DNA of 42,400 bases from Candidatus Pacearchaeota archaeon (GTDB lineage: Archaea > Nanobdellota > Nanobdellia > Pacearchaeales > GW2011-AR1). Shown here one piece after another: positions 8,758 through 18,694 of the stretch. The stretch lies in NCBI GenBank assembly GCA_016188895.1, contig JACPGZ010000041.1, positions 1-42,400 on the forward strand. The letters run 5' to 3'. A model generated the notes under the pieces. It was not told where the DNA came from. It saw only the letters and a list, made by a program, of their open reading frames with translations, and ran no database searches. Made by a program: the position numbers and the translations under genes. Within the stretch, counting starts at the first letter, position 1. Each line of letters starts with the position of its first letter.

Positions 8758-10557
8758 ATGAGCCAAATATTAATAGTAAATGTCGGTGGTCAGTACTGCC
8801 ACCTAATAGCTCGCCGAATTCGTGAGCTGGGTGTACAGAGTCGAATCTGTACCTCAGAAACGCTCGAAAATGAACTTGCGGAGGTAAAGGGAATAATCAT
8901 CTCTGGTGGTCCCAGTAGTGTGTATGACCCAGATTCTCCAGTAGTGCCGCCCTCTGTTTTTAGCGCCAAAATCCCCATACTAGGCATTTGTTATGGACAT
9001 CAGTTATTAGCTCACAATTTGGGTGGAACGGTGCGACCAGGAAAGCTTCGAGAGTATGGGGAAACCTCACTCACGGTCATAGACAATGATTCCATACTTT
9101 GTGGAATTCGTAAAAATGAAATTGTGTGGATGAGTCATGGTGATGAGGTGGTGAAAGTGCCACCAGGTTTCCAGGTAATAGCTCGCACTGAAAATTGCCC
9201 CATCGCGGCTATGTCAAACACGGATCAAAAGTATTTTGGCCTGCAGTTTCATCCTGAAGTTTCCCACACTCTCTGTGGATCAATTGTGATTAAGAACTTT
9301 GTATTTAACATTTGTAAGTGCTCTAAAGACTGGGACATGGGGGGTGAGATCTTAAGATTAAAGGCAGATATTCAGAAACAGGTTGGTCAGCGAAAAGTGT
9401 TGTTTTTCGTTAGTGGAGGTGTGGACTCAACTGTAGCATTCTCATTGTGCGCTGAAGCTCTTGGACCGGAGCGGGTACTCGGAGTGTTCGTAGACACCGG
9501 CTTCATGAGAAAGGATGAGCGAGAGGAAATTGAGGCAACTTTTTTGGCCAAAGGATGGCACAATATTCATTATATTGATGCGTCGAAAACATTTTTAGAA
9601 GCTGTCAGTGGAATTGCCGACCCTGAAAAAAAACGGAAGCGCATTGGCAACAGCTTTCTCGACGTTCAGCGGAGTGTTATGAAACAACTAGGCTTGGGAT
9701 CAAGTGACTGGATGTTGGGACAAGGAACCATCTACCCAGATACAATTGAATCCGGAAAGGCAAAATTTGCATCCTTGATTAAAACCCACCACAACCGTGT
9801 TGAGCTTATTGATAATTTGATTCGCCAAGGTTTAGTTTTAGAACCACTTAAATCTCTCTATAAAGATGAAGTGCGAGACATTGGAAGAGCTCTTGGCTTA
9901 CCTGGGGACATGGTGAATAAACATCCATTTCCCGGGCCAGGGTTGTCTGTGCGCTGCTTGTGTTCTGAAGAAGAGACTCGTCCAAAGTCTGATCATGCTC
10001 TCTCGAGCATAGTAAGCCGTTATGGTCTAAAGGCTTGGCGATTACCACTATTTACTGTAGGTGTTCAGGGAGATTATCGAAGTTATCGGGAACTTGTACT
10101 CTTGTCTGAAGGTGTAGAACTACCAGTCTATAGTATGTTGGCCTCCCAGATAATTAATAAGGTCGCTCAAACTAATCGTGTTGTATTCATCCTTGCAAGA
10201 AAAAGCCCTCATTTAAATATTGAGAATGCAATTATTCGTCCCAATCGGTTCTTGACTATGGATAGACTTGACCTACTGCGTGAGGCAGATGATTTATGCA
10301 GGAAGTTTCTTGAAGCTGCTGATCTCTCAGGAGAAGTGTGGCAGTTTCCAGTAATTCTTCTGCCCCTTTCTTTGGAATCAGGCGAGACGATAGCCTTACG
10401 TCCCATATTATCCTCCGATGCCATGACAGCCAAGCATGCCGAACTACCCATGGATTTCCTTGCAGAACTTTCAAGGCGATTGTGCGAGATTAAAGGTATA
10501 GATCTTGTTCTTTACGATGTTACTAATAAACCGCCAGCAACGATAGAATGGGAATAA
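8758..10557 (+). CDS. guaA: Glutamine-hydrolysing GMP synthase (long form)
   Basis: GATase GICYGHQ and QFHPE, PP-loop SGGVDS, QGTIYPD.IES, IKTHHN, HPFPGPGL, KPPATIEWE; probable ATG at 8758. Confidence 0.95.
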   Translation: MSQILIVNVGGQYCHLIARRIRELGVQSRICTSETLENELAEVKGIIISGGPSSVYDPDSPVVPPSVFSAKIPILGICYGHQLLAHNLGGTVRPGKLREYGETSLTVIDNDSILCGIRKNEIVWMSHGDEVVKVPPGFQVIARTENCPIAAMSNTDQKYFGLQFHPEVSHTLCGSIVIKNFVFNICKCSKDWDMGGEILRLKADIQKQVGQRKVLFFVSGGVDSTVAFSLCAEALGPERVLGVFVDTGFMRKDEREEIEATFLAKGWHNIHYIDASKTFLEAVSGIADPEKKRKRIGNSFLDVQRSVMKQLGLGSSDWMLGQGTIYPDTIESGKAKFASLIKTHHNRVELIDNLIRQGLVLEPLKSLYKDEVRDIGRALGLPGDMVNKHPFPGPGLSVRCLCSEEETRPKSDHALSSIVSRYGLKAWRLPLFTVGVQGDYRSYRELVLLSEGVELPVYSMLASQIINKVAQTNRVVFILARKSPHLNIENAIIRPNRFLTMDRLDLLREADDLCRKFLEAADLSGEVWQFPVILLPLSLESGETIALRPILSSDAMTAKHAELPMDFLAELSRRLCEIKGIDLVLYDVTNKPPATIEWE

Positions 10558-10563
10558 TGGTTA

Positions 10564-10830
10564 ATGGACGAAACGAAATTGTCAGAGCTCAAATTGACAG
10601 TTGACAAGATTTGTAAAAGCTATAACGATACTATCAGTTATGAGTTATTGGAATCTTCAGCTTCAGTAGAATTGCATGGCGGCGTTCCTCATTTTTCATT
10701 GGAGGAAGATATAATTATAAATCTTCTTTTTCCATCAGGAGTTTCTATCGAAGAGTCTCAGTTAAGAGAGTTATCTCAAAAGCTATCTTCTCTTGAGAAT
10801 GTTACTCGTGTTACGCTTCAATTCGTATAA
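10564..10830 (+). CDS. Small acidic protein, possibly related to the GMP synthase C-terminal domain
   Basis: LRELSQKLSSLENVTRVTLQF resembles LAELSRRLCEIKGIDLVLYDV in the upstream GuaA. Confidence 0.55.
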   Translation: MDETKLSELKLTVDKICKSYNDTISYELLESSASVELHGGVPHFSLEEDIIINLLFPSGVSIEESQLRELSQKLSSLENVTRVTLQFV

Positions 10831-10935
10831 TTATAATTCAGCAAAATTAATTATTTTTTTGATATTTAATCCAGTTCAACCTTTTAAAACTGCACAGCAT
10901 GTGTCATGACCAAAAACGGGAGATATATCAGCTGT

Positions 10936-11220
10936 TCAGAAGGATGGCCCTGCCGGCGAGACTCCGTGCTTGTCAGCAATTTCCTTGATAGTCATGCTCT
11001 TATACATCTCACGGAGCTCTTCAGCAGCGATGTTGAACTTGCCTCTCTTTCCCCTTCTTCGCTTCCTAACAGCGCGGGCTCTTGCCGGAGGAGATACACG
11101 AGCACCTGTGAATTGCTGCAAAGCTCTGACCATATCTGAAAGCCTTCTGCAGGCCTCCATGTTGATCAGCCCGAAGTCAACCAAGGTCTGAAGAGCTTCT
11201 ACATCATTCTGCTCTGCCAT
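10936..11220 (-). pseudogene. HTH protein, apparently truncated in the recognition helix
   Basis: EELREMYKSMTIKEIADKHGVSPA followed by an abrupt GPSF*. Confidence 0.5.
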
Positions 11221-11457
11221 GACAGAGTCCCCTGGTAACATTTACCAAACACTTCTCTTCTAAAAACTCAGATACTATAATCCTGACTTCTATTTTCGCA
11301 ATAGAAAAACTGAAAATATTTTAATAGTTAATCGGCTGGGAAGGGTTTCAGGAAGAGAGGAGTAGATATTGATCAGATAGAAAGATGGTAAATCCGCAAA
11401 ATACAATAAATAACAGAAGCCCCTGGATAATATTCAAAGGACATATTCTTGACTTTA

Positions 11458-11760
11458 TCAAGCACTGACCTGCTGTTGAGGAGGCGTAGTTCTGGGAGCT
11501 GGCATCAGTTCTGTAAAGAGAAAGCTACCTTCAGAGCTGTCACTGAATCTGACATCTGCTACCTGATTCTTCCGGAGGACTTTGATAATAGTTCCAGTCT
11601 TCTCTTCGCCCTTGACATTCACCCGAACCCAATCTCCCATTCTCCACTTGATGGTCTTTTCTTTTCTCCCCCGCCGGGGCTTTTCTTGGGGCGCTTCTTC
11701 TGTAGGAGTTTCCTTGGCTTCATGGGGCTCAGCTTCTTTGGTTTTCCTTCGCCAATTATA
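11458..11760 (-). pseudogene. Fragment with a low-complexity linker and a KOW/SH3-like domain
   Basis: Open frame YNWRRKTKEAEP...MGDWVRVNVKGEEKTGTIIKV...DVRF with no good upstream start. Confidence 0.4.
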
Positions 11761-12024
11761 TCTTTTGCAATATCATAATATTCTATATTTTTTGTCAATT
11801 TATAACGAACATTGCATGTCACCTGAGTTCGCCGCATCGTGTTGTTCGCCCAGCTGAACCAGTTAAATACGATTGCTAGAGAAGAGTCAATACTCTCAAA
11901 ATTGCTGGTTTAGATATTGAAAGTAATTTAGCATCATTAATAAAATCACAAAATATTTAAGGATGTCCAACTTGGTTTTAGTTATGAGAAGAAAATAATA
12001 TGTCCCCGTGTAACCGGAGCGGAA

Positions 12025-12693
12025 TTGTGCCAGATACTTAATTCTCGTAGCTATTGCTACCTTTTACGAAGCGCCGCGAATTTTGTTTCAGCTACTGGGT
12101 ACGAAGTAGCGTTTGAAGTAGCAAGAGATTTCAAAGGGAAATATTATTTAAGTGATCTAGCAACTGGTACTTCTGATCACGTATATATTTATAAAACGCA
12201 GCAAATCGCAGAGGATACATTCCGTGAAGGTAACATACCAGACGCTATTGTATTGATTAATCTTCACTTCCATCCCGGTGCTCACCCTTATCCAAAGCCA
12301 TCAGCGCAAGATTTACTCCACATCGAACATAGAACTCTTCTTGAATATCACCTCGATGATGTTAGACCGATTTGCGGCATATCTACTGTAGACAAATGTG
12401 ATATGGTTACAACACTATTCTTTCAGAAACGTCATGCGAAATTACGTCACCATTTTCCTGGAAGAAGTAAAGAACAATATCCATTACAAAGAGAGATCTA
12501 TGAATTATCGCAAATACCTCTTAGCTCCATGCAAGACACAGTCTCTGCTCTACGGGACTCTGGATTACTAGAAGCGCTCTGTGTAGAATTCAGGACCAAA
12601 GGTAGGACAAAATACTTCACAAACGTCCAGGAGAGCGATTTAGAGCGTTTCTCCTACGTGCCACGCCTCTCGATAAGAAGACATAACACATAA
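12025..12693 (+). CDS. JAB/MPN(JAMM)-like domain protein
   Basis: N-terminal Glu (GYEVAF) and LHFHPGAHPYPKPSAQD, matching HxH-x-S-x2-D; start uncertain. Confidence 0.65.
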   Translation: MCQILNSRSYCYLLRSAANFVSATGYEVAFEVARDFKGKYYLSDLATGTSDHVYIYKTQQIAEDTFREGNIPDAIVLINLHFHPGAHPYPKPSAQDLLHIEHRTLLEYHLDDVRPICGISTVDKCDMVTTLFFQKRHAKLRHHFPGRSKEQYPLQREIYELSQIPLSSMQDTVSALRDSGLLEALCVEFRTKGRTKYFTNVQESDLERFSYVPRLSIRRHNT

Positions 12694-12799
12694 ATATTTC
12701 AGCAGTTACAAAAATCATTAAAATTTCTATGAAAATTTTTCCCCAAATCCGGTCCTAGAATGATGAAGCTCTTAAAAGAGCTATTTTTGGATTATCGTA

Positions 12800-13279
12800 A
12801 TGAAACTATCGCTACTAAGTGATTCAGAATTGATTAAAAGGTATAGGCGAACTGGCGATTGCAATTGTATCGAAGAATTGTACAAGAGATACAAGAAGCA
12901 GCATTATAATTATTTGCTCTTTACTCTAAAGGACGAGACAGCTGCCGAGGATATTCTTTCAGACGCATGGGGAAAAATATTAAGGTACCTTGCGAGGGAG
13001 GATTATCCTATTAAAAACTTTATGTCATGGTCTTTTTCTGTAATCAGGACCAAAGCTATAGATTTCTTTTCACGCCCACAATACGAAAGCTTAGACAATC
13101 CGAAATTTCAGTTTCTTCCCTCTAAGCAGCACTCGCCCGCCAAAGAGGTTGAAAACTGTGAGAGGAACACATCTATCAATGAAGCCGTCTCACAGTTACT
13201 CGAGCGTCTGCATCTTCCATACTCTTCTCCATCCTTTCAAAGAATTCATCCAAATCATCAAAAGATTCTACTCCCATGA
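12800..13279 (+). pseudogene. Bacterial ECF sigma-70 factor, truncated before region 4
   Basis: SDSELI...EELYKRY...AEDILSDAWGK...FMSWSFSVIRTKAIDFF; similarity ends at AVSQL (~13200). Confidence 0.8.
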
Positions 13280-13348
13280 AGTCAAGAGTGAAAACTCCTT
13301 TTTATACTTTTAACTGATTTGCAGGATAATTAGAATTGCGAGTCTTTC

Positions 13349-13717
13349 TTATTCTACAAATTCGACAATTGGGAGCTCTTCAAACTCTTTGTCACCTGTT
13401 AGAAATTTCATTCCATGACGCTTCGCATAAATATAGCCAATGCAATCAGCATATGAAAAATCTTGCTTTTTATTTTCCTTCCTGAATTTAATTGCCTCCT
13501 TAAGTGTGTCGTCATCAATCTCAGCCACCGCGTCCTTATATTCTTTAAAAACCTCGTCTGCTTGCTTCTCTCCAAGTTTATTCAGAACCACCCAATATAT
13601 CTCCGCTAAATTAAAGATTGTTATTGTTGCAGATTCGTCCTCATATTTTGCGTATCTTTGATTACCTTCAATGAGCTCAATTATTGAATATGTGTCGAAG
13701 AAGTAGCTTACTGCCAT
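13349..13717 (-). CDS. vapC: VapC/PIN-domain toxin
   Basis: FFDTYSIIE, NLAE, SYADCIGY, LTGDKEF. Confidence 0.92.
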   Translation of the reverse strand: MAVSYFFDTYSIIELIEGNQRYAKYEDESATITIFNLAEIYWVVLNKLGEKQADEVFKEYKDAVAEIDDDTLKEAIKFRKENKKQDFSYADCIGYIYAKRHGMKFLTGDKEFEELPIVEFVE

Positions 13718-13953
13718 TTTTCCCTATCACGATCACTTTCCCAACCTTTGCGTGCTTCATCCTTCAGCCTTTGCGTTGAAAACTTCTTTAGTTCAGGAAA
13801 TTTTCCAAATAGCACTCCTGCCTTTGGCTTTGATTTCATGATGATGATCAGTATTTCTTCATCTTCATGAATATTTTGATGTTCGGCAATCTCTTTTGGA
13901 ATTACAACTGCTATTGAGTTTCCCCACTTTCTTGTTATTGTTTTGACTTCCAT
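13708..13953 (-). CDS. AbrB/MazE-family antitoxin
   Basis: RKWGNSIAVVIPKEI; overlaps vapC. Confidence 0.9.
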   Translation of the reverse strand: MEVKTITRKWGNSIAVVIPKEIAEHQNIHEDEEILIIIMKSKPKAGVLFGKFPELKKFSTQRLKDEARKGWESDRDREKWQ

Positions 13954-14002
13954 GTATATAATGAGACGAAGTGATATTTAAACCTTTAGGTGATCATTTA
14001 AA

Positions 14003-14311
14003 TCACAATCCTAGTTCCTTCCTGATATTCTCCAGATACTTCTCCAAATCTTTGTAACCCTTTTTTCTATCCAAAAGACAGACCATGACTAACTTCCTCC
14101 CGAGAATAGCATATATCATTCTTGTTGCACTTCTTCCGATAGAAAGCCTCACACTAAAAACTCTTGAATATTTCCTTGAATGGACTTTTTTGTAACGAAA
14201 GGGATTTTGTTTAATCAACCGGATTTTATCGCTGATAATTCTTTTTGTTTTTTCATCAAGCCCTGATACTTGCTCACTGAAAAACTTCAAAGCAATAATT
14301 TTAAACTCCAT
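14003..14311 (-). CDS. RelE-like toxin
   Basis: IRLIKQNPFRYK...FSVRL...RMIY...LLDRKKGY; overlaps the upstream RHH gene. Confidence 0.75.
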   Translation of the reverse strand: MEFKIIALKFFSEQVSGLDEKTKRIISDKIRLIKQNPFRYKKVHSRKYSRVFSVRLSIGRSATRMIYAILGRKLVMVCLLDRKKGYKDLEKYLENIRKELGL

Positions 14312-14561
14312 TCAAAATCCCGTTGAGCTCTTCTTCAGAAACAACTTCTCCTCTTTTAATTGACAGCTCAACCAATTCGTCTATTAGCTCAATTTCTTTT
14401 TGGTTAAAACTTTCGTCATATTCCCCTTCTTCAAAAACCTTTTCCCTGATGCTCTCTGAAGCAAGTTCTTGGACATTTTTATAGCCATGGCTTTTGACAT
14501 AACGCTCTGCTGCTTCAATAAGATTCTTTGGCAATTTCAAATTAATCTGCTTTGTTTCCAT
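14301..14561 (-). CDS. RHH/CopG-type antitoxin
   Basis: METKQINLKLPKNL...GYKNVQELASESIREK; probable start 14561. Confidence 0.75.
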   Translation of the reverse strand: METKQINLKLPKNLIEAAERYVKSHGYKNVQELASESIREKVFEEGEYDESFNQKEIELIDELVELSIKRGEVVSEEELNGILNGV

Positions 14562-14816
14562 GATATCTATAGATAGCTTTAGATATTTAAATCTTTCGGT
14601 GAACAACTCATTTGCATTTCCATATCTGAGGTTCCATTTGGGGAAGTTTCACGTCTCAGAGTTGGCTTTAAAAATCACCCTATTGAATTATTCTTGAAGT
14701 CAGGTAAAATGATGGGTTTAGAAGATACCTTGTGAACAAGAGATTGGTTATAATGTAATGGTAAAGTCATAAGCAGTAAGAAGGACAAAGGACAACCATT
14801 AATTAGGAGCGATGAA

Positions 14817-15175
14817 ATGAAAAAAAGGATGATTGTCAAAATAACTATCATTTATGCTCTTGTAATTTGCACAACAGGCTGCCTCGGTGGCAAGTACACT
14901 TACAAGCCTCCTGACAGCTTACCTAAGATTAACAATTTCATTGAAATTGAGGAGCCAAAAGATTTAGTGTGGCAGAGACTTGTTGCTGGTTTAGGAAGAG
15001 AATATTTCGTAATTAATAATCTCGATAAAGAGTCTGGCTTTATCAATGTAAGTTATGGTGAAGATCCTGAACTTTTTATTGACTGCGGTGAGATATCGTC
15101 ATGGGTCAGTAACCTTAGAGGAAGGAGAGATTATGTGTTCCCTGCGTCTAGAGCAGCACAACAATTCGAGCAGAA
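14817..15175 (+). pseudogene. Bacterial-type lipoprotein, C-terminally truncated
   Basis: Signal peptide with TTGC lipobox-like site and INNLDKESGFINVSY; the sequence switches to subtilase coding near 15170-15176 (approximate). Confidence 0.55.
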
Positions 15176-16060
15176 GGCAAGGGTTGTGTCATATTATTTG
15201 CAATGACAAACGAAAAAATTGATAATTTCGGAGGTCCAGGAGGAGTAATTGATATTTCCTCTCATAAAGATGTAATAGCCATTGGAAGATCTACAAACCT
15301 TGATGTTTGGGGTCATAGTGGTTTTGGGAAAGGAATGGCTTTTTTATCGCCGACAAATGCAGCCAAAGGAACTCCACTTGATGGATGTAATCCAGGAGAT
15401 CTGGCAGGTACTTTAGATATTACAACGACTGATCTCATGGGTGGTTCAGGATATAATAGCGGGCTTGGTGACCCTTGCTTCTGTAATGCACAGATTAATG
15501 AAAACAACAATGCTAATTATACAAATTGTTTTGGAGGAACATCTTCTGCTACACCGCTTTCTGCAGGAGTTGCAGCCCTAGTTCTTTCAATAAGCCCGAA
15601 TTTATCGGCAAAAGAAGTAAGAAAAATACTGATAGAGACAGCTGATAAAATTGATCGTGATCAGGCTAACTATCAACAAGATGATGTAGGACTTGAATAT
15701 AGTGCAACTCACGGATATGGAAGAATTAATGCTAAAAAGGCTGTTGAAAAAGCAATTGGGATTGCACCGGCATTGGTAGTGGCAAGAAAAGACGATGTAA
15801 AAAAGCAAGCTTTTAAGGAATCTGATATAGGGAGAAAAGGAGAATCAAAGGTTGCTGAAGTATTATTTGGAGTTCCAGTTGAGCAGCAGAAAATAACAAC
15901 AAAAAGACGTCAATATGACGTATTCGTCGCCTCAAATTTAAGGGCAGTAATTATAGATGAAAAAATTGGCAAAAATAAAATCCTTGAAAGATTAGGAAGC
16001 GAGTTAAAAAGTATTTCAGATAAGCCATGGCTTTCTGGTTTGGAGGTTAACCCCAGTTGA
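15176..16060 (+). pseudogene. S8 subtilisin-like peptidase, C-terminal part only
   Basis: GKGCVILFAM upstream of the ATG, FGGTSSATPLSAGVAAL catalytic Ser motif and GYGRINA; the Asp and His catalytic motifs are absent. Confidence 0.85.
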
Positions 16061-16118
16061 GAAAAGGTAAAAGATAATCATAGAATAAAAAGGTGAAAGG
16101 TTCAAAATGGAGTAAAAA

Positions 16119-16637
16119 ATGAATATTATTGCAACAATATTGGCTGCAGCGATAATTTTAACCATTCTATTTATTACAATCAACAAAAAAGCAATCGATA
16201 GCAATTCAGCCTTTTTAGTTTGGGCTGCAGTGGCATTGTATGCAATACCTTTTTTTTCCGAAATTACACTAGGCCCTGGAGGTGTTGAGTTAAAGAAAAA
16301 TATCGAAGATTTCAGAAAATCTATTAAAAACTTGGATGCAGTAGTGGAAGTTCAAGATAAGTTTACATTTTCTAGAATCAGAGGATTTCCTGATTTATTG
16401 GCCGGTGGACCTCAAGATAAAATTGATTTAAAAGAAAATGCACAAAAGATTATAGCTTGGCTTGGGAATGATTCAACAAAAAGGATGCTTTTACAGCAAT
16501 GGATGAAAGCAAATGATTTGGATATATCAATAACAGCCTTTATTTATGCAGATTCGTTCGAAAATGATAGAGAGAAAGCAATCAAGGAACTTGGCATACA
16601 AAATATGTTGAATGAAAAAAACAAGATTGAGAACTGA
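16119..16637 (+). CDS. Hypothetical membrane protein
   Basis: Two N-terminal TM helices followed by EITLGPGGVELK. Confidence 0.65.
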   Translation: MNIIATILAAAIILTILFITINKKAIDSNSAFLVWAAVALYAIPFFSEITLGPGGVELKKNIEDFRKSIKNLDAVVEVQDKFTFSRIRGFPDLLAGGPQDKIDLKENAQKIIAWLGNDSTKRMLLQQWMKANDLDISITAFIYADSFENDREKAIKELGIQNMLNEKNKIEN

Positions 16638-16750
16638 GAGAGAAAGAAACCATTACAGATATGAAAGTAACCTATCTCTAAGAATTAGTATTGTGTTTAT
16701 AATTAAACGATTAATTATAATTGTAATCTTTTCAGATAAGGAAGTATGTA

Positions 16751-17140
16751 ATGATTAAAATATACCTCATTGTGATCGGAGCTTTACTAGTTTCTGGTTG
16801 TGCACACACTCACTATTATGCAGATAAGGAGGGCAATAAAGAGCTTGCTGGACTTCCAATTATTTGGATAGACAAAGAAGGCAATCGTCAAGAGGCATAC
16901 GTAAGCACTTGCAGCGGATTTGGAACAGCAAGTTTTGAACTTGAAAGAACTTCAGATGGGGGTTTCACAAAGTTTTCGAACAATCTGGATAGTACAGCTG
17001 CAGCGCAGATAGCAGGAAGTATTTTAGATAAGGCTTTTGAGGCCGGGAAGACTGCTGCAAGAGCAGAAATGAGAGAAAAGGCTTTACGCAATCCAGATCC
17101 AGAACGAAGAAGGGCAATTTTAGAAAGCCTGGATTTATGA
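16751..17140 (+). CDS. Putative lipoprotein
   Basis: LLVSGC lipobox-like signal. Confidence 0.65.
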   Translation: MIKIYLIVIGALLVSGCAHTHYYADKEGNKELAGLPIIWIDKEGNRQEAYVSTCSGFGTASFELERTSDGGFTKFSNNLDSTAAAQIAGSILDKAFEAGKTAARAEMREKALRNPDPERRRAILESLDL

Positions 17141-17467
17141 TAGATTCTCTATAATGAAATTTATATCTTGGCTTTCATCCAAAAAAAAGCAATAGTTGAT
17201 AAATTCTTTTTCCATTTCCAAGATCTCCACTACCACAGCCCTCACGCTCGCTGCGTCCGTTTCGTTCTGTGGGACATGCGTTGAAAAGCATAAAAATCAC
17301 TTGTTAATTCCAACAACTTTCCCTTCTTTAACCAGCACCGCCTCAATCCTCCTCTCGATCTCCTCTATTCTCTCAATTATCTCCTGAAGAGCTTTCTTAA
17401 CCTCTCGGCGTTTCATGATGCTTCTGCGGAATGAAATAATAAATAGTTTGAACTGAATTACTTTGCT

Positions 17468-18631
17468 TTATACTTGCTGCATAACCTGCTCTATTCTCTT
17501 TTTAAGTTCACCAAGGTCTTTTCTTGTTTGGTCGAGATCAAAGCGCAGAGACTGATTATCCTCTCCTTGTCGTCGTAGTCTATCAACTAATAGGCGCTCG
17601 CGTTGCTTTGCCTGTTGGAGCTCCCCTTCTATCCTCTGCAGATTACTATCAAAGAGTTTTTTCTTTGGTTTTCTACGATCAATCGCTAGGTAGGATACGT
17701 ACGCGTCAATCTCCTTGGAGCTGGGTTTGTGTCCGAGTCGGAAGTTCACTTCGTCTGTTGTCCAGCCAGACCTGAGGAGATGGCAGGCCATGCCAGATCT
17801 GAGATCCTTCCAGCTCACTCGAGTGTTTGTGGGGACGCAGCTTGCTCCTGTCTTCCTCGCCACGCTGTGCATTAGCTTCAAGGCTTGTCTGTAGCCGAAG
17901 CGGAAAACACAATCGTTTTCATTCAGTCCTGGTAAAACGATGTCAGCGTACTTCGCTGTCTCTGGATAGAGGGTTGGTTCGCTTCGCGACTGCCTGCTGC
18001 GTTTCAGCTTCTCCCGAGGAAGGTTTACCAAGTATTCAACTTCCCTAGTGTCTTCATTGACTTGACGGGTGAAGTCCTTCTTGGTGAGCTGCAGAAGGGT
18101 GTTGATGTTCTCTCCGACATCCCAGGCAAGCCAGAAAAGGAGCAAATGGGATGGCTTTGAAAGAACAGATACCATCTTTAGGAAAGTTTCCTCGCTAACG
18201 AAACTCACTTCCTTCCGAGGATTACTGCTGAACTCAATCACTTCCCTAGCGAGCTCATCCTTACCAGCAAGTTTGAAGGGCTTGCTCTTGAAGACTTTGT
18301 TGTAATAACTGCTTCTATCAGCGAATCTTTCGCCCTTTTTATTTCTGATTCGTCCTTCCTCGAGGTCGTCATACACTTTCTTTATATCTTCTTTTGTCAA
18401 ATCTTTCCATGGCTTATTCTTGAACCAAGAATTTACATTGCGGAACCGTTGGACGTAGTAAATCAAAGTCTTGTAGCAAGGTTCATCCAAAGCCGGAAGT
18501 CCATTCTGCCTCTTGAGCTTGTGCTCTTCGAATTGGAAAAATTGCCGGAAGACATCTCGATTCTCTCTACAAATCATCTTATCACACAAAAGCTCGTTCT
18601 TGGCCTTTTCATATCGTTCTTTAAATCCCAT
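17468..18631 (-). CDS. Tyrosine recombinase/integrase
   Basis: KDLRSG, RLGH and the downstream Tyr (DAYVSY), plus a C-terminal coiled coil; next to tRNA-Asp; probable start MGFKERY at 18631. Confidence 0.88.
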   Translation of the reverse strand: MGFKERYEKAKNELLCDKMICRENRDVFRQFFQFEEHKLKRQNGLPALDEPCYKTLIYYVQRFRNVNSWFKNKPWKDLTKEDIKKVYDDLEEGRIRNKKGERFADRSSYYNKVFKSKPFKLAGKDELAREVIEFSSNPRKEVSFVSEETFLKMVSVLSKPSHLLLFWLAWDVGENINTLLQLTKKDFTRQVNEDTREVEYLVNLPREKLKRSRQSRSEPTLYPETAKYADIVLPGLNENDCVFRFGYRQALKLMHSVARKTGASCVPTNTRVSWKDLRSGMACHLLRSGWTTDEVNFRLGHKPSSKEIDAYVSYLAIDRRKPKKKLFDSNLQRIEGELQQAKQRERLLVDRLRRQGEDNQSLRFDLDQTRKDLGELKKRIEQVMQQV

Positions 18632-18694
18632 GCAATTATTAAGGTGCCCAACTATATAAATCTTGCGCCCTTTTATGTGAACAAAAGTGGTCAG

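Noticed and set aside
8790-10474. Antisense ORFs within guaA, and similar shadow ORFs inside the integrase, R-M gene, map, argS and ychF
   Set aside because: They lie on the opposite strand of, or in an alternative frame within, well-supported genes and have no motifs.
3684-15170. CGAG or CCGG tetramers near several fragment junctions (3684, 5167, 10953, 13201, 15167) as a shared recombination motif
   Set aside because: The motifs are too short, their offsets from the breakpoints are inconsistent, and most breakpoints are not precisely known.
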